A stretch of DNA of 64,000 bases. It comes from Eledone cirrhosa (lineage: Eukaryota). Numbering within the stretch: position 1 is the first letter of the stretch; every line of letters starts with the position of its first letter. The notes under the pieces were generated by a model that saw only the letters and a list, made by a program, of their open reading frames with translations, had not been told where the DNA came from and made no database searches. The stretch covers positions 70,990,001-71,054,000 of the forward strand of contig OZ024742.1 in NCBI GenBank assembly GCA_964016885.1. Reading direction: 5' to 3'. Position numbers and translations under genes: made by a program. Of the stretch, positions 12,443-24,900 are shown piece after piece.

Positions 12443-12582
12443 TGTGAATTTTCTGTTAAATTTCTGAATCACTATGTTTAATGAACTTTCTCATTTGCTC
12501 TTTCTCTGATCAGTAACCTCAAAATAGCTGAACATTTTTTAATTAGAAACACAAAATTCTATGTTCTGTTTGATTTTTGCAG

Positions 12583-12686
12583 TCTCGGAAGCCTTCTCTA
12601 CCTTCAAAGACTTTCATGAAAGCTTTCAGAGACATGTTCCGAAATGATCCAATTTTCAATTTTGACACTTCAAAAATTATTGAAAG
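12583..12686 (+). CDS. TOMM70: TOM70-like coding exon 3 in window
   Basis: tttttgcag acceptor, gtatgt donor at 12687. SRKPSLPSKTFMKAFRDMFRNDPIFNFDTSKIIE(S) resembles TOM70 NREPLMPSPQFIKSYFSSFTDD. Phase 0 in, phase 2 out. Confidence 0.85.
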
Positions 12687-12815
12687 GTATGTTTTATTTA
12701 TTTCATCTTTGTTTTATTATTCATTTCTAAATCTATTTGGACATTTTAATGGTGATCCAATTTGTCTTCCATCAATGTTTTTTATTTGTTTTATTCATTC
12801 TTTTACTGTTGCAGA

Positions 12816-12963
12816 GGTTTCTTACATAATGGTAAAGAGACTAAAACATTAGGCTTCTTATATAGTGGTCAATATATCAAAACATTAGGATTTTTACATA
12901 ATGGTAAAGATACTAAAAACATTAGTTTTCTTAGATAATGGTCAAGACACTAAAAATATTAGG
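12816..12963. repeat. Degenerate ~36-37 bp minisatellite, 4 units, next to the large satellite
   Basis: Units resemble ttcttacataatggtaaagagactaaaacattagg. Confidence 0.8.
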
Positions 12964-12984
12964 TTGCAGTATCATTGTTGTTGC

Positions 12985-15900
12985 TAGAGAAACTGAAGAA
13001 GCCAGTCATGTGTGTGTTTAGTAGACAGAAACTGATGAAGCCAGTCACATGTGTGTGTTTAGTAGACAGAAGCTGAAGAAGTTGGTCATATGTGTGTGTT
13101 TAGTAGATAGAAACTGAAGAAGCCAGTCATGTGTGTGTTTAGTAGACAGAAGCTGAAGAAGCCAGTCATGTGTGTGTTTAGTAGACAGAAACTGAAGAAG
13201 CCAGACATATGTGTGTGTTTGGTAGATAGAAACTGAAGAAGCCAGTCATGTGTGTGTTTAGTAGACAGAAGCTGAAGAAGCCAGTCATGTGTGTGTTTAG
13301 TAGACAGAAGCTGAAGAAGCCATTCATGTGTGTGTTTAGTAGACAGAAGCTGAAGAAGCCAGTCATGTGTGTGTTTAGTAGACAGAAACTGAAGAAGCCA
13401 GACATATGTGTGTGTTTAGTCGACAGAAGCTGAAGAAGCCAGACATATGTGTGTGTTTAGTCGACAGAAGCTGAAGAAGCCAGTCATGTGTGTGTTTAGT
13501 CGACAGAAGCTGAAGAAGCCAGTCATGTGTGTGTTTAGTAGACAGAAGCTGAAGAAGCCAGTCATGTGTGTGTTTAGTACACAGAAGCTGAAGAAGCCAG
13601 TCATGTGTGTGTTTAGTTGACAGAAACTGAAGAAGCCAGTCATATGTGTGTTTAGTTGACAGAAACTGAAGAAGCCAGTCATGTGTGTGTTTAGTAGACA
13701 GAAACTTAAGAACCCAGTCATGTGTGTGTTTAGTAGACAGAAGCTGAAGAAGCCAGTCATGTGTGTGTTTAGTAGACTGAAGCTGAAGAAGCCAGTCATG
13801 TGTGTGTTTAATAGACAGAAACTGAAGAAGCCAGTCATGTGTGTGTTTAGTAGACAGAAACTGAAGAAGCCAGTCATGTGTGTGTTTAGTAGACAGAAGC
13901 TGAAGAAGCCAGTCATGTGTGTGTTTAGTAGACAGAAGCTGAAGAAGCCAGTCATGTGTGTGTTTAGTAGACAGAAGCTGAAGAAGCCAGTCATGTGTGT
14001 GTTTAGTAGACAGAAGCTGAAGAAGCCAGTCATGTGTGTGTTTAGTAGACAGTAGCTGAAGAAGCCAGTCATGTGTATGTTTAGTTGACAGAAACTGAAG
14101 AAGCCAGTCATATGTGTGTTTAGTAGACAGAAGCTGAAGAAGCCAGTCATGTGTGTGTTTAGTTGACAGAAACTGAAGAAGCCAGTCATGTGTGTGTTTA
14201 GTTGACAGAAACTGAAGAAGCCAGTCATGTGTGTGTTTAGTTGACAGAAACTGAAGAAGCCAGTCATATGTGTGTTTAGTTGACAGAAACTGAAGAAGCC
14301 AGTCATGTGTGTGTTTAGTAGACAGAAGCTGAAGAAGCCAGTCATATGTGTGTTTAGTTGACAGAAACTGAAGAAGCCAGTCATATGTGTGTTTAGTTGA
14401 CAGAAACTGAAGAAGCCAGTCATGTGTGTGTTTAGTAGACAGAAGCTGAAGAACCCAGTCATATGTGTGTTTAGTTGACAGAAACTGAAGAAGCCAGTCA
14501 TATGTGTGTTTAGTTGACAGAAACTGAAGAAGCCAGTCATGTGTGTGTTTAGTAGACAGAAACTGAAGAAGCCAGTCATGTGTGTGTTTAGTAGACAGAA
14601 ACTGAAGAAGCCAGTCATGTGTGTGTTTAGTTGACAGAAACTGAAGAAGCCAGTCATATGTGTGTTTAGTTGACAGAAACTGAAGAAGCCAGTCATATGT
14701 GTGTTTAGTTGACAGAAACTGAAGAAGCCAGTCATGTGTGTGTTTAGTAGACAGAAGCTGAAGAACCCAGTCATGTGTGTGTTTAGTAGACAGAAGCTGA
14801 AGAAGCCAGTCATGTGTGTGTTTAGTAGACAGAAGCTGAAGAAGCCAGTCATGTGTGTGTTTAGTAGACAGAAGCTGAAGAAGCCAGTCATGTGTGTGTT
14901 TAGTAGACAGAAGCTGAAGAAGCCAGTCATATGTGTGTTTAGTAGACAGAAACTGAAGAACCCAGTCATGTGTGTGTTTAGTAGACAGAAGCTGAAGAAG
15001 CCAGTCATGTGTATGTTTAGTTGACAGAAACTGAAGAAGCCAGTCATGTGTGTGTTGAGTAGACAGAAACTGAAGAAGCCAGTCATGTGTGTGTTTAGTT
15101 GACAGAAACTGAAGCCAGTCATGTGTGTGTTTAGTAGACAGAAACTGAAGACGCCAGTCATGTGTGTGTTTAGTAGACAGAAACTGAAGAAGCCGGTCAT
15201 GTGTGTGTTTAGTAGACAGAAAGTGAAGAAACCAGTCATGTGTATGTTTAGTAGACAGAAAGTGAAGAAGCCAGTCATGTGTGTGTTTAGTAGACAGAAA
15301 CTGAAGAAGCCAGTCATGTGTGTGTTTAGTTGACAGAAACTGAAGCCAGTCATGTGTGTGTTTAGTTGACAGAAACTGAAGAAGCCAGTCATGTGTGTGT
15401 TTAGTTGACAGAAACTGAAGAAGCCAGTCATATGTGTGTTTAGTTGACAGAAACTGAAGAAGCCAGTCATGTGTGTGTTTAGTAGACAGAAACTTAAGAA
15501 CCCAGTCATGTGTGTGTTTAGTAGACAGAAGCTGAAGAAGCCAGTCATGTGTGTGTTTAGTAGACTGAAGCTGAAGAAGCCAGTCATGTGTGTGTTTAGT
15601 TGACAGAAAGTGAAGAAGCCAGTCATGTGTGTGTTTAGTAGATAGAAACTGAAGGCGCCAGTCATGTGTGTGTTTAGTAGACAGAAGCTGAAGAAGCCAG
15701 TCATGTGTGTGTTTAGTAGACAGAAGCTGAAGAAGCCAGTCATGTGTGTGTTTAGTTGACAGAAAGTGAAGAAGCCAGTCATGTGTGTGTTTAGTAGACA
15801 GAAGCTGAAGAAGCCAGTCATGTGTGTGTTTAGTTGACAGAAAGTGAAGAAGCCAGTCATGTGTGTGTTTAGTAGACAGAAGCTGAAGAAGCCAGTCATG

Positions 15901-18900
15901 TGTGTGTTTAGTAGACAGAAGCTGAAGAAGCCAGTCATGTGTGTGTTTAGTAGACAGAAGCTGAAGAAGCCAGTCATGTGTGTGTTTAGTAGACAGAAGC
16001 TGAAGAAGCCAGTCGTGTGTGTGTTTAGTAGACAGAAGCTGAAGAAGCCAGTCATGTGTGTGTTTAGTAGACAGAAGCTGAAGAAGCCAGTCATGTGTGT
16101 GTTTAGTAGACAGAAACTGAAGAAGCCAGTCATATGTGTGTTTAGTTGACAGAAACTGAAGAAGCCAGTCATGTGTGTGTTTAGTAGACAGAAGCTGAAG
16201 AAGCCAGTCATGTGTGTGTTTAGTAGACAGTAGCTGAAGAAGCCAGTCATGTGTATGTTTAGTTGACAGAAACTGAAGAAGCCAGTCATATGTGTGTTTA
16301 GTAGACAGAAGCTGAAGAAGCCAGTCATGTGTGTGTTTAGTTGACAGAAACTGAAGAAGCCAGTCATGTGTGTGTTTAGTTGACAGAAACTGAAGAAGCC
16401 AGTCATGTGTATGTTTAGTTGACAGAAACTGAAGAAGCCAGTCATGTGTGTGTTGAGTAGACAGAAACTGAAGAAGCCAGTCATGTGTGTGTTTAGTTGA
16501 CAGAAACTGAAGCCAGTCATGTGTGTGTTTAGTAGACAGAAACTGAAGACGCCAGTCATGTGTGTGTTTAGTAGACAGAAACTGAAGAAGCCGGTCATGT
16601 GTGTGTTTAGTAGACAGAAAGTGAAGAAACCAGTCATGTGTGTGTTTAGTAGACAGAAAGTGAAGAAGCCAGTCATGTGTGTGTTTAGTAGACAGAAACT
16701 GAAGAAGCCAGTCATGTGTGTGTTTAGTTGACAGAAACTGAAGCCAGTCATGTGTGTGTTTAGTTGACAGAAACTGAAGAAGCCAGTCATGTGTGTGTTT
16801 AGTTGACAGAAACTGAAGAAGCCAGTCATATGTGTGTTTAGTTGACAGAAACTGAAGAAGCCAGTCATGTGTGTGTTTAGTAGACAGAAACTTAAGAACC
16901 CAGTCATGTGTGTGTTTAGTAGACAGAAGCTGAAGAAGCCAGTCATGTGTGTGTTTAGTAGACTGAAGCTGAAGAAGCCAGTCATGTGTGTGTTTAGTAG
17001 ATAGAAACTGAAGGCGCCAGTCATGTGTGTGTTTAGTAGACAGAAACTGAAGAAGCCAGTCATGTGTGTGTTTAATAGACAGAAACTGAAGAAGCCAGTC
17101 ATGTGTGTGTTTAGTAGACAGAAACAGAAGAAGCCAGTCATGTGTGTGTTTAGTAGACAGAAGCTGAAGAAGCCAGTCATGTGTGTGTTTAGTAGACAGA
17201 AGCTGAAGAAGCCAGTCATATGTGTGTTTAGTTGACAGAAACTGAAGAAGCCAGTCATGTGTGTGTTTAGTAGACAGAAACTTAAGAACCCAGTCATGTG
17301 TGTGTTTAGTAGACAGAAGCTGAAGAAGCCAGTCATGTGTGTGTTTAGTAGACAGAAGCTGAAGAAGCCAGTCATATGTGTGTTTAGTAGACAGAAGCTG
17401 AAGAAGCCAGTCATGTGTGTGTTTAGTTGACAGAAACTGAAGAAGCCAGTCATGTGTGTGTTTAGTTGACAGAAACTGAAGAAGCCAGTCATGTGTGTGT
17501 TTAGTTGACAGAAACTGAAGAAGCCAGTCATGTGTGTGTTTAGTAGACAGAAACTGAAGAAGCCAGTCATGTGTGTGTTTAGTAGACAGAAGCTGAAGAA
17601 GCCAGTCATGTGTGTGTTTAGTAGACAGAAGCTGAAGAAGCCAGTCATATGTGTGTTTAGTAGACAGAAACTGAAGAACCCAGTCATGTGTGTGTTTAGT
17701 AGACAGAAGCTGAAGAAGCCAGTCATGTGTATGTTTAGTTGACAGAAACTGAAGAAGCCAGTCATGTGTGTGTTGAGTAGACAGAAACTGAAGAAGCCAG
17801 TCATGTGTGTGTTTAGTTGACAGAAACTGAAGCCAGTCATGTGTGTGTTTAGTAGACAGAAACTGAAGACGCCAGTCATGTGTGTGTTTAGTAGACAGAA
17901 ACTGAAGAAGCCGGTCATGTGTGTGTTTAGTAGACAGAAAGTGAAGAAACCAGTCATGTGTGTGTTTAGTAGACAGAAAGTGAAGAAGCCAGTCATGTGT
18001 GTGTTTAGTAGACAGAAACTGAAGAAGCCAGTCATGTGTGTGTTTAGTTGACAGAAACTGAAGCCAGTCATGTGTGTGTTTAGTTGACAGAAACTGAAGA
18101 AGCCAGTCATGTGTGTGTTTAGTTGACAGAAACTGAAGAAGCCAGTCATATGTGTGTTTAGTTGACAGAAACTGAAGAAGCCAGTCATGTGTGTGTTTAG
18201 TAGACAGAAACTTAAGAACCCAGTCATGTGTGTGTTTAGTAGACAGTAGCTGAAGAAGCCAGTCATGTGTGTGTTTAGTAGACTGAAGCTGAAGAAGCCA
18301 GTCATGTGTGTGTTTAGTAGATAGAAACTGAAGGCGCCAGTCATGTGTGTGTTTAGTAGACAGAAACTAAAGAAGCCAGTCATGTGTGTGTTTAATAGAC
18401 AGAAACTGAAGAAGCCAGTCATGTGTGTGTTTAGTAGACAGAAACAGAAGAAGCCAGTCATGTGTGTGTTTAGTAGACAGAAGCTGAAGAAGCCAGTCAT
18501 GTGTGTGTTTAGTAGACAGAAGCTGAAGAAGCCCGTCATGTGTGTGTTTAGTAGACAGAAGCTGAAGAAGCCAGTCATATGTGTGTTTAGTAGACAGAAA
18601 CTGAAGAACCCAGTCATGTGTGTGTTTAGTAGACAGAAGCTGAAGAAGCCAGTCATGTGTGTGTTTCGTCGACAGAAACTGAAGAAGCCAGTCATATGTG
18701 TGTTTAGTAGACAGAAACTGAAGAAGCCAGTCATGTGTGTGTTTAGTAGACAGAAGCTGAAGAAGCCAGTCATGTGTATGTTTAGTTGACAGAAACTGAA
18801 GAAGCCAGTCATGTGTGTGTTTAGTTGACAGAAACTGAAGAAGCCAGTCATATGTGTGTTTAGTTGACAGAAACTGAAGAACCCAGTCATGTGTGTGTTT

Positions 18901-21900
18901 AGTAGACAGAAGCTGAAGAAGCCAGTCATGTGTGTGTTTAGTAGACAGAAGCTGAAGAAGCCAGTCATATGTGTGTTTAGTAGACAGAAGCTGAAGAAGC
19001 CAGTCATGTGTGTGTTTAGTTGACAGAAAGTGAAGAAGCCAGTCATATGCGTGTTTAGTAGACAGAAGCTGAAGAAGCCAGTCTTGTGTGTGTTTAGTAG
19101 ACAGAAGCTGAAGAAGCCAGTCATGTGTGTGTTTAGTAGACAGAAGCTGAAGAAGCCAGTCATGTGTGTGTTTAGTAGACAGAAGCTGAAGAAGCCAGTC
19201 ATGTGTGTGTTTAGTAGACAGAAGCTGAAGAAGCCAGTCATATGTGTGTTTAGTAGACTGAAACTGAAGAACCCAGTCATGTGTGTGTTTAGTAGACAGA
19301 AGCTGAAGAAGCCAGTCATGTGTATGTTTAGTTGACAGAAACTGAAGAAGCCAGTCATGTGTGTGTTGAGTAGACAGAAACTGAAGAAGCCAGTCATGTG
19401 TGTGTTTAGTTGACAGAAACTGAAGCCAGTCACGTGTGTGTTTAGTAGACAGAAACTGAAGACGCCAGTCATGTGTGTGTTTAGTAGACAGAAACTGAAG
19501 AAGCCGGTCATGTGTGTGTTTAGTAGACAGAAAGTGAAGAAACCAGTCATGTGTGTGTTTAGTAGACAGAAAGTGAAGAAGCCAGTCATGTGTGTGTTTA
19601 GTAGACAGAAACTGAAGAAGCCAGTCATGTGTGTGTTTAGTTGACAGAAACTGAAGCCAGTCATGTGTGTGTTTAGTTGACAGAAACTGAAGAAGCCAGT
19701 CATGTGTGTGTTTAGTAGACAGAAGCTGAAGAAGCCAGTCATGTGTGTGTTTAGTTGACAGAAACTGAAGAAGCCAGTCATGTGTGTGTTTAGTTGACAG
19801 AAACTGAAGCCAGTCATGTGTGTGTTTAGTTGACAGAAACTGAAGAAGCCAGTCATGTGTGTGTTTAGTAGACAGAAGCTGAAGAAGCCAGTCATGTGTG
19901 TGTTTAGTTGACAGAAACTGAAGAAGCCAGTCATATGTGTGTTTAGTTGACAGAAACTGAAGAAGCCAGTCATGTGTGTGTTTAGTAGACAGAAACTTAA
20001 GAACCCAGTCATGTGTGTGTTTAGTAGACAGAAGCTGAAGAAGCCAGTCATGTGTGTGTTTAGTAGACTGAAGCTGAAGAAGCCAGTCATGTGTGTGTTT
20101 AGTAGATAGAAACTGAAGGCGCCAGTCATGTGTGTGTTTAGTAGACAGAAACTAAAGAAGCCAGTCATGTGTGTGTTTAATAGACAGAAACTGAAGAAGC
20201 CAGTCATGTGTGTGTTTAGTAGACAGAAACAGAAGAAGCCAGTCATGTGTGTGTTTAGTAGACAGAAGCTGAAGAAGCCAGTCATGTGTGTGTTTAGTAG
20301 ACAGAAGCTGAAGAAGCCAGTCATGTGTGTGTTTAGTAGACAGAAGCTGAAGAAGCCAGTCATATGTGTGTTTAGTAGACAGAAACTGAAGAACCCAGTC
20401 ATGTGTGTGTTTAGTAGACAGAAGCTGAAGAAGCCAGTCATGTGTGTGTTTCGTCGACAGAAACTGAAGAAGCCAGTCATGTGTGTGTTTAGTAGACAGA
20501 AGCTGAAGAAGCCAGTCATGTGTATGTTTAGTTGACAGAAACTGAAGAAGCCAGTCATATGTGTGTTTAGTTGACAGAAACTGAAGAACCCAGTCATGTG
20601 TGTGTTTAGTAGACAGAAGCTGAAGAAGCCAGTCATGTGTGTGTTTAGTAGACAGAAGCTGAAGAAGCCAGTCATATGTGTGTTTAGTAGACAGAAGCTG
20701 AAGAAGCCAGTCATGTGTGTGTTTAGTTGACAGAAAGTGAAGAAGCCAGTCATATGCGTGTTTAGTAGACAGAAGCTGAAGAAGCCAGTCATGTGTGTGT
20801 TTAGTAGACAGAAACTGAAGAAGCCAGTCATGTGTGTGTTTAGTAGACAGAAGCTGAAGAAGCCAGTCATATGTGTGTTTAGTAGACAGAAACTGAAGAA
20901 CCCAGTCATGTGTGTGTTTAGTAGACAGAAGCTGAAGAAGCCAGTCATGTGTGTGTTTATTCGACAGAAACTGAAGAAGCCAGTCATATGTGTGTTTAGT
21001 AGACAGAAGCTGAAGAAGCCAGTCATGTGTGTGTTTAGTAGACAGAAACTGAAGAAGCCAGTCATATGTGTGTTTAGTTGACAGAAACTGAAGCCAGTCA
21101 TGTGTGTGTTTAATAGACAGAAACTGAAGAAGCCAATTATGTGTGTGTTTAGTAGACAGAAACTGAAGAAGCCAGTCATGTGTGTGTTTAGTTGACAGAA
21201 ACTGAAGAAGCCAGTCATATGTGTGTTTAGTAGACAGAAGCTGAAGAAGCCAGTCATGTGTGTGTTTAGTTGACAGAAACTGAAGAAGCCAGTCATATGT
21301 GTGTTTAGTTGACAGAAACTGAAGAACCCAGTCATGTGTGTGTTTAGTAGACAGAAGCTGAAGAAGCCAGTCATGTGTGTGTTTAGTAGACAGAAGCTGA
21401 AGAAGCCAGTCATATGTGTGTTTTGTAGACAGAAACTGAAGAACCCAGTCATGTGTGTGTTTAGTAGACAGAAGCTGAAGAAGCCAGTCATGTGTGTGTT
21501 TAGTCGACAGAAACTGAAGAAGCCAGTCATGTGTGTGTTTAGTAGACAGAAGCTGAAGAAGCCAGTCATATGTGTGTTTAGTTGACAGAAAGTGAAGAAG
21601 CCAGTCATGTGTGTGTTTAGTAGACAGAAGCTGAAGAAGCCAGTCATATGTGTGTTTAGTTGACAGAAACTGAAGAAGCCAGTCATGTGTGTGTTTAGTA
21701 GACAGAAGCTGAAGAAGCCAGTCATGTGTGTGTTTAGTTGACAGAAAGTGAAGAAGCCAGTCATATGCGTGTTTAGTTGACAGAAGCTGAAGAAGCCAGT
21801 CATGTGTGTGTTTAGTAGACAGAAGCTGAAGAAGCCAGTCATGTGTGTGTTTAGTAGACAAAAACTGAAGACGCCAGTCATGTGTGTGTTTAGTAGACAG

Positions 21901-24900
21901 AAACTGAAGAAGCCGGTCATGTGTGTGTTTAGTAGACAGAAAGTGAAGAAACCAGTCATGTGTGTGTTTAGTAGACAGAAAGTGAAGAAGCCAGTCATGT
22001 GTGTGTTTAGTAGACAGAAACTGAAGAAGCCAGTCATGTGTGTGTTTAGTTGCCAGAAACTGAAGCCAGTCATGTGTGTGTTTAGTTGACAGAAACTGAA
22101 GAAGCCAGTCATGTGTGTGTTTAGTTGACAGAAACTGAAGAAGCCAGTCATATGTGTGTTTAGTTGACAGAAACTGAAGAAGCCAGTCATGTGTGTGTTT
22201 AGTAGACAAAAACTTAAGAACCCAGTCATGTGTATGTTTAGTAGACAGAAGCTGAAGAAGCCAGTCATGTGTGTGTTTAGTAGACTGAAGCTGAAGAAGC
22301 CAGTCATGTGTGTGTTTAGTAGATAGAAACTGAAGGCGCCAGTCATGTGTGTGTTTAGTAGACAGAAACTAAAGAAGCCAGTCATGTGTGTGTTTAATAG
22401 ACAGAAACTGAAGAAGCCAGTCATGTGTGTGTTTAGTAGACAGAAACAGAAGAAGCCAGTCATGTGTGTGTTTAGTAGACAGAAGCTGAAGAAGCCAGTC
22501 ATGTGTGTGTTTAGTAGACAGAAGCTGAAGAAGCCCGTCATGTGTGTGTTTAGTAGACAGAAGCTGAAGAAGCCAGTCATATGTGTGTTTAGTAGACAGA
22601 AACTGAAGAACCCAGTCATGTGTGTGTTTAGTAGACAGAAGCTGAAGAAGCCAGTCATGTGTGTGTTTCGTCGACAGAAACTGAAGAAGCCAGTCATATG
22701 TGTGTTTAGTAGACAGAAACTGAAGAAGCCAGTCATGTGTGTGTTTAGTAGACAGAAGCTGAAGAAGCCAGTCATGTGTGTGTTTAGTAGACAGAAGCTG
22801 AAGAAGCCAGTCATGTGTGTGTTTAGTTGACAGAAACTGAAGAAGCCAGTCATATGTGTGTTTAGTTGACAGAAACTGAAGAACCCAGTCATGTGTGTGT
22901 TTAGTAGACAGAAGCTGAAGAAGCCAGTCATGTGTGTGTTTAGTAGACAGAAGCTGAAGAAGCCAGTCATATGTGTGTTTAGTAGACAGAAGCTGAAGAA
23001 GCCAGTCATGTGTGTGTTTAGTTGACAGAAAGTGAAGAAGCCAGTCATATGCGTGTTTAGTAGACAGAAGCTGAAGAAGCCAGTCATGTGTGTGTTTAGT
23101 AGACAGAAGCTGAAGAAGCCAGTCATGTGTGTGTTTAGTAGACAGAAGCTGAAGAAGCCAGTCATGTGTGTGTTTAGTAGACAGAAGCTGAAGAAGCCAG
23201 TCATGTGTGTGTTTAGTAGACAGAAGCTGAAGAAGCCAGTCATGTGTGTGTTTAGTAGACAGAAGCTGAAGAAGCCAGTCATATGTGTGTTTAGTAGACA
23301 GAAACTGAAGAACCCAGTCATGTGTGTGTTTAGTAGACAGAAGCTGAAGAAGCCAGTCATGTGTATGTTTAATAGACAGAAACTGAAGAAGCCAGTCATG
23401 TGTGTGTTGAGTAGACAGAAACTGAAGAAGCCAGTCATGTGTGTGTTTAGTTGACAGAAACTGAAGCCAGTCACGTGTGTGTTTAGTAGACAGAAACTGA
23501 AGACGCCAGTCATGTGTGTGTTTAGTAGACAGAAACTGAAGAAGCCGGTCATGTGTGTGTTTAGTAGACAGAAAGTGAAGAAACCAGTCATGTGTGTGTT
23601 TAGTAGACAGAAAGTGAAGAAGCCAGTCATGTGTGTGTTTAGTAGACAGAAACTGAAGAAGCCAGTCATGTGTGTGTTTAGTTGACAGAAACTGAAGCCA
23701 GTCATGTGTGTGTTTAGTTGACAGAAACTGAAGAAGCCAGTCATGTGTGTGTTTAGTTGACAGAAACTGAAGAAGCCAGTCATATGTGTGTTTAGTTGAC
23801 AGAAACTGAAGAAGCCAGTCATGTGTGTGTTTAGTAGACAGAAACTTAAGAACCCAGTCATGTGTGTGTTTAGTAGACAGAAGCTGAAGAAGCCAGTCAT
23901 GTGTGTGTTTAGTAGACTGAAGCTGAAGAAGCCAGTCATGTGTGTGTTTAGTAGATAGAAACTGAAGGCGCCAGTCATGTGTGTGTTTAGTAGACAGAAA
24001 CTAAAGAAGCCAGTCATGTGTGTGTTTAATAGACAGAAACTGAAGAAGCCAGTCATGTGTGTGTTTAGTAGACAGAAACAGAAGAAGCCAGTCATGTGTG
24101 TGTTTAGTAGACAGAAGCTGAAGAAGCCAGTCATGTGTGTGTTTAGTAGACAGAAGCTGAAGAAGCCAGTCATGTGTGTGTTTAGTAGACAGAAGCTGAA
24201 GAAGCCAGTCATATGTGTGTTTAGTAAACAGAAACTGAAGAACCCAGTCATGTGTGTGTTTAGTAGACAGAAGCTGAAGAAGCCAGTCATGTGTGTGTTT
24301 CGTCGACAGAAACTGAAGAAGCCAGTCATATGTGTGTTTAGTAGACAGAAACTGAAGAAGCCAGTCATGTGTGTGTTTAGTAGACAGAAGCTGAAGAAGC
24401 CAGTCATGTGTATGTTTAGTTGACAGAAACTGAAGAAGCCAGTCATATGTGTGTTTAGTAGACAGAAGCTGAAGAAGCCAGTCATGTGTGTGTTTAGTTG
24501 ACAGAAACTGAAGAAGCCAGTCATATGTGTGTTTAGTTGACAGAAACTGAAGAACCCAGTCATGTGTGTGTTTAGTAGACAGAAGCTGAAGAAGCCAGTC
24601 ATGTGTGTGTTTAGTAGACAGAAGCTGAAGAAGCCAGTCATATGTGTGTTTAGTAGACAGAAGCTGAAGAAGCCAGTCATATGTGTGTTTAGTAGACAGA
24701 AACTGAAGAACCCAGTCATGTGTGTGTTTAGTAGACAGAAGCTGAAGAAGCCAGTCATGTGTGTGTTTAGTAGACAGAAGCTGAAGAAGCCAGTCATATG
24801 TGTGTTTAGTAGACAGAAGCTGAAGAAGCCAGTCATGTGTGTGTTTAGTTGACAGAAAGTGAAGAAGCCAGTCATATGCGTGTTTAGTAGACAGAAGCTG

